DNA from: Laetmonice hystrix | Lineage: Eukaryota | NCBI GenBank assembly: GCA_965235115.1 | Contig: OZ249438.1 | Coordinates: forward strand, 42,904,001-42,968,000 | Direction: 5' to 3' | Length of the DNA stretch: 64,000 bases | In this document: piece by piece, positions 36,578-49,945 of the stretch | Numbering within the stretch: position 1 is the stretch's first letter | Layout: every line of letters begins with the position of its first letter | Translations under genes and position numbers: made by a program | The notes under the pieces: model-generated | Told to the model about the DNA's origin: nothing | Databases searched by the model: none | What the model saw: the letters and a program-made list of their open reading frames with translations, nothing else

Positions 36578-36951
36578 GGGAGAGAGAGGAGTGAAAGCAG
36601 TGAGGCGAAGCCACGCGAAAGACCGACACCCGACTGTAGATACTGTATTACATGGGAGAGAAGAACCAAATAAACCTGGCAGATTCAAAATAACAATAGA
36701 ATAAATGTTACTCCCTCCCTACCTGGACAAATTCGAAGAGGTGGACAATAAACAAGTATTTTTTTCTATGTGGCCTAATTTTATCTAGGCCTAGCCCTAG
36801 GCCTAGCCTAGGTCTATGAGGCAGCCTCTCTCTGCATACATGTCTGTTCGTTCTGTGGCCTAACTTTATCTCGTAGGTCTTTGAGAAGGCATCTCTCTCT
36901 GCACTGTCTGTTCGTTCTTGGCCTAGGGCTAGGCCTAGGCCTAGCCTATGT

Positions 36952-37118
36952 CAGGCACGTACCCAGGATTGTGCTTAGGGGGGGGGGGGGGGTCCATCAG
37001 GACAAGAGGGCTGCCCGGGGGCTACCTGTGTTTTTGCACCAGTCGACCTGGGGACCGGAGGGGGCGGGGGGGGGTTCCGGAACCCCTGGAACCCCCCCCC
37101 CCCCTGGGTACGTGCCTG
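36952..37118. mobile_element. hAT-like MITE with 5-bp TSD
   Basis: Perfect 15-bp TIR caggcacgtacccag / ctgggtacgtgcctg. TATGT at 36947-36951 and 37119-37123. Confidence 0.8.
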
Positions 37119-37229
37119 TATGTGGCCTAACTTTATCTCGTACGTCTATGAGTCGATGAGGAGACCTCTCTCTGCACTGTCTGTTCGTTCACGACAGATG
37201 TCGCCACCGTAGCACAGCCGCTGTGATGC

Positions 37230-37347
37230 GCGGAAATTCCGGTTAGTCACGTGACCTGGAGAGTCTGTGATGTTTTGGAAGCGGGGAGAGGAAACCCCTT
37301 GGCTGTGGGATTTATCCTTGGATTATTGTGGACTTCAGCCGTACCGG
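37230..37347 (+). promoter_or_regulatory. Promoter and probable non-coding first exon of an unidentified gene
   Basis: CGGAAATTCCGG and palindromic GTCACGTGAC (37246-37255), followed about 90 nt later by consensus donor CGG|GTAAGT at 37348. Confidence 0.5.
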
Positions 37348-40300
37348 GTAAGTTATAGTTAATGCGTGTTTAGTGTCGGTTAGGTAGAGTACGTGTTAGT
37401 TGTTATAACAGTTCGGTGTTAGTGTATGAAATGTGAGAGTACCGACTTGAGACTGAGTACAGCAGAGTGAAGTGCTCGCTCGAGACTGGCTTCACTTCAC
37501 TCAGACGGTGCATGGACTCGTCACGGCTGCTGGATGCCGACCACGGCACAGAGATGGAGTCCGAGGAGTCGGGTGGGGTAGGGGTGCGCTGACTCAAAAT
37601 TGTACCAGGAACGCCAGCTCAACATCGCCGAAGGCATATCTATAAGACAGCAGGCGCCCAATTGAAATTTCATCTCAAATTTAGAACAAGAAGTTGTTAA
37701 AACAAGGCTAGATCTACATCTAGGACATCACCATCATGATGTACTTCAGCAACTTGAGCAAGTAACTTGTTTACAAATTTGCAAGTACAAAATGTAGTAG
37801 GTCCAGGCTGCAAAGTTCTGCATTGCTCTACAGTGTACACTACAGTTTACGGACTACTGACAGTAATAGATGGTTCTAGTTCAGTCTCGTATCATTGGTA
37901 CAACTGCAACTTTGAGTTTGAGTAGACTAATACTAGACTAACGTAATAGGAAAAATCTCAGAGAGGAAAAATGAGAAATTATGAATGCACACTTTTGTTG
38001 TACTTGGTCCAAACTTTGTGAAAAGTTAGTAGTGGGATTATCTGATCATGTTGAATTAATTTTATGTCAATGTGTCTGTTTGTTTACATTTTCCCTCTTA
38101 TGAGAATGTTGTTGGGGAAAAGGGGGTGGGGTTGACTGCTTTCATCAGATCCTGGGGTTCATGATCCCAAAAATGTAAAGAAACCATTGCCTTATCGCAT
38201 TTGAATGAGGTATTCCGCATTCCGCATTATTCTCTAAATATTACGGAATCATAAAATTTACATAATAAGTATAAATTCCCTCCAAATACATAAATCTTTT
38301 GCTCATGGCAGAGTTTCACTGGCAAAAAGATCATTTATTATGGTCCCTGCCATATACCTAGATCTCTAGACCAAGTTTAGTAAATCAGAGTTGTGCTTTC
38401 TGTCAGTAATGGAGAGGAAGAGAGAGAGAGATGGATAAAAGAAAGGGGGCCCATATAAGTTATTTAGAGAGAACATCAAAAGTCAATTTGGGATGATGAT
38501 GGGTTCCGTCGACCAAAATGTTGGCAGGTATGAATTTGTGACACATTCAGTTGATCGTCATCAAGAACTCAGGGCCCACAAGTTCAAAGAAATGAATTAA
38601 CTTGTAAAAAAACAGTACCAAGTGCTGACTGGCAGTCGACATGCACTGTGAAGAATTTTCTCATAATTTTAATTGTCTGGTTTGTGGTTTCAATTAACAT
38701 AAAAACTAACATGGATGGATTCACAAAGATCAAAGGCCAGAGTTTGATGTGATTGCGTTTTGTCTTGGATGGTATGATGAGATCAACGGGAATACTGGCC
38801 CACCAAACGAGAGGTGAAAATCTGCACATATCACGGACACCAGGGATATCCCGTGGAGGAAATTATGTGCCCATCAAACCAGGGACACTGGGTATACGAA
38901 GTCGCTGAAATAAAGATGCCACTAGGGTTTTGACTCAGACTGGCGCCCCTGATGACTCGTTCTGTAGTCCCACGAGGGTACCACTTTAGGATTAGCTTGC
39001 TCTTTTCCCCCCCAAAAAAATTGGATAGGGGCCCAAAAACGACCTTAATATAACCTACTTAGACGAACTTCAAGAAGCAACCAACTGCTAAGAATAAGGA
39101 GGACCAATGGCACGGCAATGATAGGGTACAACTCTGTGTAGGCCAATCATCCATGTAATTGTTGATGAGGATTATGTGCTATTTCACATTTTAATCTGCT
39201 ATTGGCGCAGTGGCACGGCCTAAAGTGATCCCTGAATGTGTACGATCTGTATGCTCACCCAATCACACTGAGCTCTTCTGTAGGCGAATGACCAGGAGAG
39301 TAGACACTTTCAGTAACAGTGTAGCTGCCATTGGCACCCGAAGTATCTAGTATTGCCAAATCGACACTCGAAGGGACCAAGATTCATATTGACGTGTAGA
39401 GCATTATAATAATACAAGAAAAATATGACAAAGTGTATCCAACCAAGTAAAGGGATCTGCTTTAATTTATAACAGAATTTTTAAAAAGTCAATATTATTA
39501 GCTCTTGAAATTCTGGTGGGTTCCATTCAAGTGGTATCCAGCACAATTTTAAAAAGCTAGGACGGCGTCGTGGCCCTGTTGAAGTAGGTAGTTGCCCACT
39601 CCCCTAAAGGTTAAAAAGCTGCCGGTGAGAACCCTACTCCTGAAGCGCCTTTGTTGCCTGGCATTTGTTGTGGGAGACCCTGTATTCATAATGATGATTT
39701 GGTCAATGTAGTTTATGTACTGACAGGCTGCAGTATCTGACCTAGTAGGTACTGGCTCCCACAGTGAGGAGCATGGTGGATTACTCTGGTGGTCTCAGGG
39801 AGTACATGCGACTGTTGGTCCTACATCCCATGTTTTGGGGTCCCACTAACATTGTTGTTCGAGGTGAGTGCGTGAGAGCGTATCCATGACCATGTAAGTT
39901 CCCCACATATCCTTGTCAGGTTTGAGCTGAAGGAGGCCCCTGGGATGATATACCGCAATAACCAATGTTATCCACACATCCCTGGGCACTGAGACGGTTG
40001 GCTGGGGGTACGGCCAGGAGGAAGGCTCTGACTGTACAGTCTAGGTGGCCTAATTCCTGGCCATCCAATATGGGTGCAGCGTACTGTATGAGGTGTATGG
40101 GTTGATGACAGTCTTGTCAGGTTCAACCGGCCCCACCACCACCACCACCACCAGCCTCCTGCCCGCTTGGTGATGGACTGCCCTACCGGCCTGTCACCCC
40201 ACCCCCCTGGCAGGCGGGCAGGCAGGGAGGGGGTAGCCCCAGTTCCACAGGAATGCCTCAGCGATGTCCGGATATTCCAGCCTACCAGGGCGCGTGCCTG

Positions 40301-41127
40301 GGACCTGAGACTTTCATGACTTTGACCTTGGCCGGTGCCGGTTGATGTATAAATTCCTAACAGATGGAGTCTGTCTGAGAACAGGAAGGACACGCCGGGA
40401 GCATATCTAGATGGGGGACAGCTTGTCCAGCTTGACGCTGTCACTTACTCAGCAGGCCACCAGGTTGTGTAACCTCAGCTGCTCCTTTACAGGTTCAGTT
40501 ACACGGTCTTTCAATGTATAATAATAGACCTGTAATAGATTGAAATACAAGGGCTCGGTTCACAAGCTTTATTTAAAGTCAATTTCAATTGACTTGAAAT
40601 CCATTTTCAAGTTGTTCCGCTTGTAAACCGGGATCTGAACTGAAGTCGATGGGAAAGTTCGAACTGGTAAGTGTAGGCCTAGGCCTATGCCACATTATAC
40701 ATTTGGGTACCTCTAGCTTCCTCTTTCTGTCATTGCGATAACCCAAGGGTGTGGCCCGTTGTCATGGGAGTCTGTTGTCATGGTGATGATGGCGTGGGAG
40801 AACATGGATGCGGTTGTCATGGTGATGATGAGGTCGGTTGTCATGGAGAGGATGGCCGACTGCCCTGGAGTTCAACAGTTTTTCTAGGTGCCCTTGGTGC
40901 TCAGCCCTCCCGTCCGAGTGTACCTCCTCCAGGCTGAGTACCAGTAGTAGACTACGAGTTCCTCCTGGATGACGGACACTCGGGACGCCCCCTACTGGTG
41001 AGATCTGGAATGTGGGTGTCGCTCTGAGTGTCGAGATGCCAATGAATATCAAATGATTAATTTAGGTTTTAATGGGGCAATAGCTTGTTTTAGGCCTAAC
41101 TGACCTGTTACTGAACTCGAGTCGATG

Positions 41128-41752
41128 TAACTGACCCATTATTTAGGGACCCTACCATCTCCCAGTGAACCCTAACTGACCCATTATCTAAGGACCCTGG
41201 TAGACCATCTCCAGGTGAACCCTAACTGACCCATTATCTAAGGACCCAGGTAGACCATCTCCCAGTGAGCCCTTACTGACCCATTATCTAAGGACCCAAG
41301 TAGACCATCTCCCAGTGAACCCTAACTGACCCATTATCTAAGGACCCAGGTAGACCATCTCCCAGTGAACCCTAACTGACCCATTATCTAAGGACCCTGG
41401 TAGACCATCTCCCAGTGAACCCTAACTGACCCATTATCTAAGGACCCAGGTAGACCATCTCCTAGTGAACCCTAACTGACCCATTATCTAAGGACCCTGG
41501 TAGACCATCTCCCAGTGAACCCTAACTGACCCATTATCTAAGGACCCAGGTAGACCATCTCCCAGTGAACCCTAACTGACCCATTATCTAAGGACCCAGG
41601 TAGACCGTCTCCCAGTGAACCCTAACTGACCCATTATCTAAGGACCCAGGTAGACCGTCTCCCAGTGAACCCTAACTGACCCATTATCTAAGGACCCTGG
41701 TAGACCATCTCCCAGTGAACCCTAACTGACCCATTATCTAAGGACCCTGGTA
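41128..41752. repeat. Minisatellite, 50-bp unit, about 12.5 copies
   Basis: taactgacccattatctaaggacccaggtagaccatctcccagtgaaccc. Confidence 0.95.
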
Positions 41753-41767
41753 ACCCCAACTAACGGA

Positions 41768-42794
41768 CCAGGGCCCGTCTCACTAAAGGCTGGTAACAAG
41801 TTAACACAGGAGTGAATGGAAGGCTGCTGGTTACAGTAACCAGCAGCCTTCCATTCACTCCTATGTTAACTTAAAAGAAAAGGCCATCGCCAGTGTGTAC
41901 AGGCCAGGCACACAGGCCGTGATATTCTAAGCAAGTTAAAAAATATTTGATCACAATTGATACTCAAATAGTTAAGATCACTTTAGTGCTTGAGGCTTCT
42001 TAGAACCTGCTCAGCTGGTGAAGGCCTCCATTAACGTCTGCTCCTTGGGCTAATCTCAAACTGCGCATGATCGCCCTAGGCGAGCATGCGCAGCACGACT
42101 GCTCTCCAGTTAGGGAGGAATTAAAAACTGACGCACCTGTTGCGTTGATCGATTCGGAAGGCAGCAAACGTTGACAGCTTATAAGCAAAATTTGTTAGAA
42201 CATAGACGAAAACCATCGATAGTGATGAGGAATGGCTAGGAATTAAGCCTACCAATGTCAGGGGATATATCATGGTGGACACGGATCTGGGCAGCCGTGG
42301 GTTTCAGCCGCCTGCAGTCAATTCGTCCCACTCCGACTCATGTGATGTTGACGGAGCTCATGGCCCCTGAGGCCCGGCCCCACTCTGACTACGACCGCGT
42401 ACAATGGCATTGGCAGTGTCAGCATGGTCAGCACAGACCTGCTGCGTTTAGTTGTGACTGTGACTGTGGGACTGACCCCCGTCGATTTGCCACCCGCCTC
42501 GGCTGCCTTTAGCTTATAGTATAGCCTAGCCCCGGCATGCAATAGATTAGCCCTGGAATGTCACTTCCGGCCAGCCCAATAGCAAAAAATGGCTGCGCTG
42601 CTGAAGCCAGTGATTTTGACACGGTTGTCATGTTCAACATATGACTTCTTGGAATAGGGGGACATTTATTTCCAACCACTACTCTGAAAGGTGACTATAT
42701 ATAGAGGCCTTGCAGCTGTCCAAATGTGATTTTTGACTGGACTTCTCCTTTAACGATCTGGTTATTAACCAGCCTTTAGTGAGACGGGCCTCTG
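41768..42794. mobile_element. Non-autonomous TIR element, about 1 kb
   Basis: ggcccgtctcactaaaggctggt near 41771 and its reverse complement accagcctttagtgagacgggcc ending 42790. Internal 75-bp palindrome at 41798-41872. Confidence 0.7.
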
Positions 42795-43843
42795 TCCAGA
42801 CAAACACGCGAGCTGATTGCAGGGAGGTTTACAATGCCGTGGGAACGACCTCCCCGTTATCTCGCCCAGAGCCACGCTGCTGACGGAAGATGATCTACCA
42901 GCGTTGGCAATTAGATTATCTCAGCTTATCCCAACATGGTCCGTGTTCTGATCGGCGGTGGGTCGTCAGGTCATCGATTTCCTGGCCGCCGTCGGCCCGG
43001 GGCGGCTGTCAGAAACTCCGTCCATCTACTGGACGGGCCTACTTATGTAATGTAATTCCCGTATCTGAAGGCTAGCCTAAGTAATACCCACCCTTCTGAT
43101 ACCCACCCTTCTGATAGGTTAGGTCCTTCTTGTATAATCCAGTGTGTACGGAAGTGGAGGTTACCCCCATACCTCAGAGGTAGACAATGCCCTTCTAGGC
43201 TATGTCCTTTATAGACAAACCAAAGAACGTCAGATAAGGTGCTTTGATACACCTCCAATTCGTCTTGAGCAGTTAACCTAAATCTTTCTTTTTCATTTTA
43301 GTTAAGTTTAGCCACCAGTCTGATTCCGGATTAGTCCCTGAACCCCAACACTTACGTCAACTTCCTGACCGACTTGTTTAGATTGTTATATACAGTGTCA
43401 AAGTGTTATCAAACCAGCATCCGGCACGGCTATAGCTTGTCCTGTTATTCAGTAAACATGAGAAGGGCATGATTTTGTTATTACACATGATGTCTACTGC
43501 ACCAGGACGTACAAAATGTTTGTGTAGATATTTGTGTGAGGTCACTGACATCACAAACATGACAGCGAATCAGGAATGTGGTAGATGCTTGACCTCCTGT
43601 CAAACCATATCTAGGACTATGGTAGAACTTTCATTCTGCACTGACCCATGTCAACCTTTGTCAATCAATGTATGCCATGTTTCACCTCTCTTTCTCTTTT
43701 ATGAGAATTGCTATTGGAAGGTCATCTTAATGTCGGCATGGTGTAAAATCACCATTATTGAATTTTGAAAAAAAAGTTATTGATTTCTTGGACTTGAAGT
43801 TGCAAAATGCGTAGATCAATAGCTCAGCTGTTGGATTACATGT

Positions 43844-44674
43844 GATAGCCTGGCACTAAGTGTCAGAGATAGCCTGGCACTAAGTGTCAGAGATAGCCTG
43901 GCACTAAGTGTCAGAGATAGCCTGGCACTAAGTGTCAGAGATAGCCTGGCACTAAGTGTCAGAGATAGCCTGGCACTAAGTGTCAGAGATAGCCTGGCAC
44001 TAAGTGTCAGAGATAGCCTGGCACTAAGTGTCTGAGATAGCCTGGCACTAAGTGTCTGTGATAGCCTGGCACTAAGTGTCAGATATAGCCTGGCACTAAG
44101 TGTCAGAGATAGCCTGGCACTAAGTGTCCGAGATAGCCTGGCACTAAGTGTCAGAGATAGCCTGGCACTAAGTGTCAGAGATAGCCTGGCACTAAGTGTC
44201 AGAGATAGCCTGGCACTAAGTGTCAGAGATAGCCTGGCACTAAGTGTCCGAGATAGCCTGGCACTAAGTGTCTGAGATAGCCTGGCACTAAGTGTCCGAG
44301 ATAGCCTGCCCTGGCACTAAGTGTCTGAGATAGCCTGGCAAGTGTCAGAGATAGCCTGGCAAGTGTCAGAGATAGCCTGGCAAGTGTCAGAGATAGCCTG
44401 GCACTAAGTGTCAGAGATAGCCTGGCACTAAGTGTCAGAGATAGCCTGGCACTAAGTGTCTGAGATAGCCTGGCACTAAGTGTCTGAGATAGCCTGGCAC
44501 TAAGTGTCAGAGATAGCCTGGCAAGTGTCAGAGATAGCCTGGCACTAAGTGTCACTGTCAGAGATAGCCTGGCACTAAGTGTCAGAGATAGCCTGGCACT
44601 AAGTGTCAGAGATAGCCTGGCACTAAGTGTCATCTGAGATAGCCTGGCACTAAGTGTCAGAGATAGCCTGGCAC
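43844..44674. repeat. Minisatellite, 24-bp unit, about 35 copies
   Basis: gatagcctggcactaagtgtcaga. Confidence 0.97.
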
Positions 44675-44812
44675 AAAGTGTCCGATGTATGGCTGACGGC
44701 AGATTGTGGCTAATAGCTTTGAAAGTTAACAGCACAACATAGATCTGTAGACCGGAATGGTAGGATTGAAATAGATTGTCTAAAATTGCTACCACTAGTA
44801 TGGAGGTGAACG

Positions 44813-45262
44813 AAAACTGTATGCAAGTCTAAAATTGTTGCCAGTATTGAGGGGAAAACTGTATGCAAGTCTAAAATTGTTGCCAGTATTGAGGGGAAAA
44901 CTGTATGCAAGTCTAAAATTGTTGCCAGTATTGAGGTGAAAACTGTATGCAAGTCTAAAATTGTTGCCAACTGGTATTGAGGTGAAAACTGTATGCAAGT
45001 CTAAAATTGTTGCCAGTATTGAGGTGAAAACTGTATGCAAGTCTAAAATTGTTGCCAACTGGTATCAATTGAGGTGAAAACTGTATGCAAGTCTAAAATT
45101 GTTGCCAGTATTGAGGTGAAAACTGTATGCAAGTCTGAAATTGTTGCCAGTATTGAGGTGAAAACTGTATGCAAGTCTGAAATTGTTGCCAGTATTGAGG
45201 GAAAAAACTGTATTATGCAAGTCTGAAATTGTTGCCAGTATTGAGGGAAAAACTGTATGCAA
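44813..45262. repeat. Minisatellite, about 42-bp unit, about 10 copies
   Basis: gaaaactgtatgcaagtctaaaattgttgccagtattgaggt. Confidence 0.95.
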
Positions 45263-46424
45263 GTAGAAGTTCCTTCAGCCCTTGATATCTAGAGTGTATT
45301 ATAAAATGTTGATACGAACAGTTTTCCATTTTATCTGGTACCGCAAGGGGTTAGCAAAGCTTGGTTTGCCCCTGATGCCGGAGTTGAGTGGATTGGATCG
45401 GATAGTGTCTGCAGTGGTGAATTATTGTCTGAGAGGGGAATGGCGGTAGGAATCGGTGGTGGTTTAGTGGTTAGGTTGTGATCGGTCTGTGTCTGGGACA
45501 GGGTGTGTGTGAGGAGGGGGAGGGGGTCAGGGAATGAGAGTGGTGGTTTCACTGGGCCCATGTGTTGGAGGTCAGCTGAGCGGGTCAGTGAGAGTCCGTG
45601 TCGTCCTGTAACTCAACACGATACCCTCTCACAGTAAGGGCTGGCCCCACCCTCCGCCCGCCGCCCCACCCGGCCCCACCCGCCCACCGCCCCACCCGGC
45701 CGGGCTGAACCACCACGGGACCCGGGTCCAATGGCAGTCAGGCAGCCCCCACGGCGCTCACTTACACAGGGCAAGCCACCCAGCCAAATGGGGGCCACAT
45801 GGGGCATGGCATCATAACATGGCACTACTCTACGGCACTCCAACACGTCGGGCGGGGTGGTGGTGGTGGGGGGGGGACACTACCCGGGGTGCAGACAGCC
45901 ATGGAGATTGATTAGATCATGGGATTTCCGGGTGATAAAAACGTAATCGACTCGAAGTGGGTTGAGTGAGCACTCTGCCATAGTGCACCGGTAGGGGTGG
46001 GGGCTGGGGTAGGAGAGGGAGTACCCCACGTCCACGGTATCGGTGGCCTTGGCCGATTGAAGCCGTAAGGGGGGAGTGGAGTGGGGGTGGGGGGGGGGGG
46101 GAATTCAGACAGGAAAAAACACGGTACGGAATGGCTGATCGTGGGCGCTGTTACAGAACTGGAGGTCTATGTCAGCTTCAGACAGACTGACTGAATGTGG
46201 CCCATTAAACAGAGTAAATTGTGACCCAATGTAGAGTTATGTGACCCAATGTAGAGTTATGTGACCCAATGTAGAGTTATATTCAGAGTTATATATTTCC
46301 TCGCCCCAACCATTGACTTCCTAATTATAGATTGATGAAATCGACTCGAATCAGACTCGCTGCTGGTTTCAAGCTAGCAATCGACTGAGCAGAATCAACC
46401 ATCACTGGCATCAATGATATCATA

Positions 46425-47279
46425 CCCCCGTCACACTTATTCGGAATCAGCAGGAATCAAGCAGAACCAGCTGGAATGAATTTCAAATTGACCAAGATTC
46501 TTACAGCTTTGTAAGAATGCTGTTCGAATACTTAGAATGCGCTTTGAAGCCGCCTTGAATGATTCTTGCACATTCTGGGTGTATTAGCTCTCGAATGCAG
46601 CTCGAATGTAGTTGGAACACAGTAGGAATATTTAGAATGTTGTTAGAATGCAGTCAGAATATTTAGAATGCACTTCGAATGCCATACGAGTGCAGTTCGA
46701 TTGCTGCCCAAATACCGCCCTAAGTCTGGTTGGAAGGTGCCTCAAATGCTGTACGAATGCTCCCAGAATGGCAGCCGAATATGATTCGAACGTCCAAGAA
46801 TTCAAACAGAATGCAGCTCGAATACCTAGAATGTACTTCGAATGTAACACGAATGTCCCGAGTATAGATTCTGGCAGCAATCGAGATGCATTCGAGGTGC
46901 ATTTCGGCTCATTCGAGGCGCATTCGGGACATTCTGGCAGGATTGGAAGTGGCTTGCCGTTTCGATTCTTCCTCGAATGCGATCAGAATGTTTTGAATGT
47001 TGTTGGAATGCCGTAAGAATATTTAGAATGCAGTCAGAGTGCATTTAGATTTTAGAACACACTTCGAATGCTGTTCGATATTTCTCCACTTCGAATGCAC
47101 CTCGAAAGTTTTGAGCATGAGCAAAACATTCGGGCGGGCCACAAGAATGGGCCTGAATATTTGGAATGCACTCAGAATGCAGTCAGAATTTTTAGAATTC
47201 ACTTCGAATATCCAGGAATGTACAAAGAACTTTCATTCCGACGGCATTCCGGCTCATTCCACCTCTAGTGTGACTAGGG
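46425..47279. mobile_element. Non-autonomous DNA transposon with TA TSD, 855 bp, GAAT/ATTC-rich
   Basis: TA|cccccgtcacact ... agtgtgactaggg|TA. The interior is saturated with ttcgaat and gaatgc. Superfamily not determined. Confidence 0.7.
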
Positions 47280-47575
47280 TATTAGAATGATTTCGATTTC
47301 CACCCGTCTGCTCAGCCTAGGAGTTTAGCTGCATGTGTACACATCACACATAGAATGCACCCGTAGGCAGAACGAATCAGATTATAACTCAACGGAGAAG
47401 TATAGAAAATGATCTTGTGATAGTGCTCGTCGGAAACCATGTCCTGATTGTGTTTTGTGTGTGTTTTGTGTGACCTTCTGTCTCCAGTCAGTGTGCGATT
47501 CTAAAAGGAGGAGTCCAGGGTGTCTCAGAAACTTGCCCGCAGGTGGCACGGGCTCTGGGTGGGCACCTGGGTGGA

Positions 47576-48164
47576 GCAGGCACTGAGACAAGCTGTGGCT
47601 ATCCTGGAGAACTGGTTGTGTTGGCTTGCCGAGGTAGCAGCTGACTCGTTGTGTTGGCTTGCCGAGGTAGCAGCTGAGATTGGAACCAGCGTGCAGGCGG
47701 AGCAGGCACTGAGACGAGCTGTGGCTATCCTGGAGAACTCGTTGTGTTGGCTTGCCGAGGTAGCAGCTGAGATTGGAACCAGCGTGCAGGCGGAGCAGGC
47801 ACTGAGACAAGCTGTGGCTATCCTGGAGAACTGGTTGTGTTGGCTTGCCGAGGTAGCAGCTGAGATTAGAACCAGCGTGCAGACGGAGCAGGCACTGAGA
47901 CAAGCTGTGGCTATCCTGGAGAACTGGTTGTGTTGGCTTGCCGAGGTAGCAGCTGAGATTAGAACCAGCGTGCAGACGGAGCAGGCACTGAGACAAGCTG
48001 TGGCTGTCCTGGAGAACTGGTTGTGTTGGCTTGCCGAGGTAGCAGCTGAGATTAGAACCAGCGTGCAGACGGAGCAGGCACTGAGACAAGCTGTGGCTAT
48101 CCTGGAGAACTCGTTGTGTTGGCTTGCCGAGGTAGCAGCTGAGATTGGAACCAGCGTGCAGGCC
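47576..48164. repeat. Tandem repeat, 93-bp unit, about 6 copies
   Basis: gcaggcactgagacaagctgtggctatcctggagaactggttgtgttggcttgccgaggtagcagctgagattagaaccagcgtgcagacgga. Confidence 0.95.
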
Positions 48165-49174
48165 TGACTGGCTTTATCTTATCAACTCGGCCGAGATGAA
48201 ATAAATCGCCGCCAGGTCTGGGCTTGATCATGTCCGCAGAGAATAAATCAAGCATGATGATTGGTCTCGATCACACAGCGCTCAGCCTCGCTCTCAAACA
48301 GCACACAGGAAATTTGCGAGGATAAAATATTTCACTTTCAGTTTGTATTTACTATTGTGCCATTTTCACGGATTTCCTCAGAAATCCTTTACCCAATTAA
48401 AAATATTCATAAAAAATGGAAGGAGAAAAAACTATAAGATCATACAAAGATTGCAGGTCTACAGAAATAATGAATTTCATTGGCTGGTCAGGTCAATGCC
48501 AGCTAACAACCAGCCATGAGACGATCGCTTCACTGGAATGTTCAATTTCATTTACATTTATTGATTTGTAGTCTAAGGCCTTATCTAACGTATCAGCCCA
48601 TATCTGCATTTTCGAGTCAAGAGATAGTCGCTGTTTGCTTTTAAACTCTAGACAAAATTAAGAACTTAATCTCAAGTTTTGAAATATCCGGGCCTGGTCA
48701 TCAAGGTCCTTTATGTACTACTGGTGGACCCACAGTAGTAGTCCTTTATGTTACATTAATTCTAGTCAGAGAAACATCTGATATGAGAGATCAGGTGTAA
48801 TTACTTCAATAAGAAGAGCACTTTAATGATTGTGGTTGAGTGTGAGGGACCTCAGTGGACAGCGCTGAGGGCTAGCGGCCCGATCTACGGATGGAGGTGG
48901 GTGTCAGATCATTTGAGAAGTCATTTTGCCATGACAGGGCGATGACATTTAATTCCAGTTACAGTGTCACCGACCGTTCACTCGAGGCTTTTTTTAGAAT
49001 GTGTGGGTGGATATGACTATAGAGATGACAGGTATACTGGCTTACATGAGGCATTATAGAAACACACTGACTCAAGTTCTCAACACCTGTGGTGGCTTTC
49101 AAACGTTAGAACTATCCCAGTCCCACTACTATGATTTAGCTATGGATGAGAAAAATTGAAGTACTTAACGTTCA

Positions 49175-49945
49175 ATGTATATCGTGATGTATCGTTCAAT
49201 GTATATATCGTGATGTATTGTTCAATGTATATATCGTGATGTATCATTCAATGTATATACCGTGATGTATCGTTCAATGTATATATCGTGATGTATCGTT
49301 CAATGTATATATCGTGATGTATCGTTCAATGTATATATCGTGATGTATCGTTCAATGTATATATCGTGATGTATCGTTCAATGTATACATATATCGTGAT
49401 GTATCGTTCAATGTATACATATATCGTGATGTATCGTTCAATGTATACATATATCGTGATGTATCGTTCAATGTATATATCGTGATGTATCGTTCAATGT
49501 ATACATATATCGTGATGTATCATTCAATGTATATATCGTGATGTATCGTTCAATGTATACATATATCGTGATGTATCGTTCAATGTATATATCGTGATGT
49601 ATCGTTCAATGTATACATATATCGTGATGTATCATTCAATGTATATATCGTGATGTATCGTTCAATGTATATATCGTGATGTATCATTCAATGTATATAT
49701 CGTGATGTATCGTTCAATGTATCGTGATGTATTGTTCAATGTATACATATATCGTGATGTATCGTTCAATGTATATATCGTGATGTATCGTTCAATGGAT
49801 ATATCGTGATGTATCGTTCACTGTAGTGTATATCGTGATGTATCGTTCAATGTATATATCGTGATGTATCATTCAATGTATATATCGTGATGTATCGTTC
49901 AATGTATCGTGATGTATCGTTCAATGTATACATATATCGTGATGT
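49175..49945. repeat. Minisatellite, 26/30-bp units, about 28 copies
   Basis: tatcgttcaatgtata(cata)tatcgtgatg. Confidence 0.95.

Noticed and set aside
39968-40444. 158 aa minus-strand ORF, and similarly 6770-7213, 33941-34444 and 57183-57659
   Set aside because: No recognisable homology, compositionally biased, and no supporting splice sites.
44223-45262. LSARLSLT and LATILDLHTVF repeat ORFs
   Set aside because: Products of the 24-bp and 42-bp arrays.
46425-47279. Heat-shock element array
   Set aside because: GAA and TTC are mostly spaced 0, 3 or 5 nt apart rather than the canonical GAAnnTTC.
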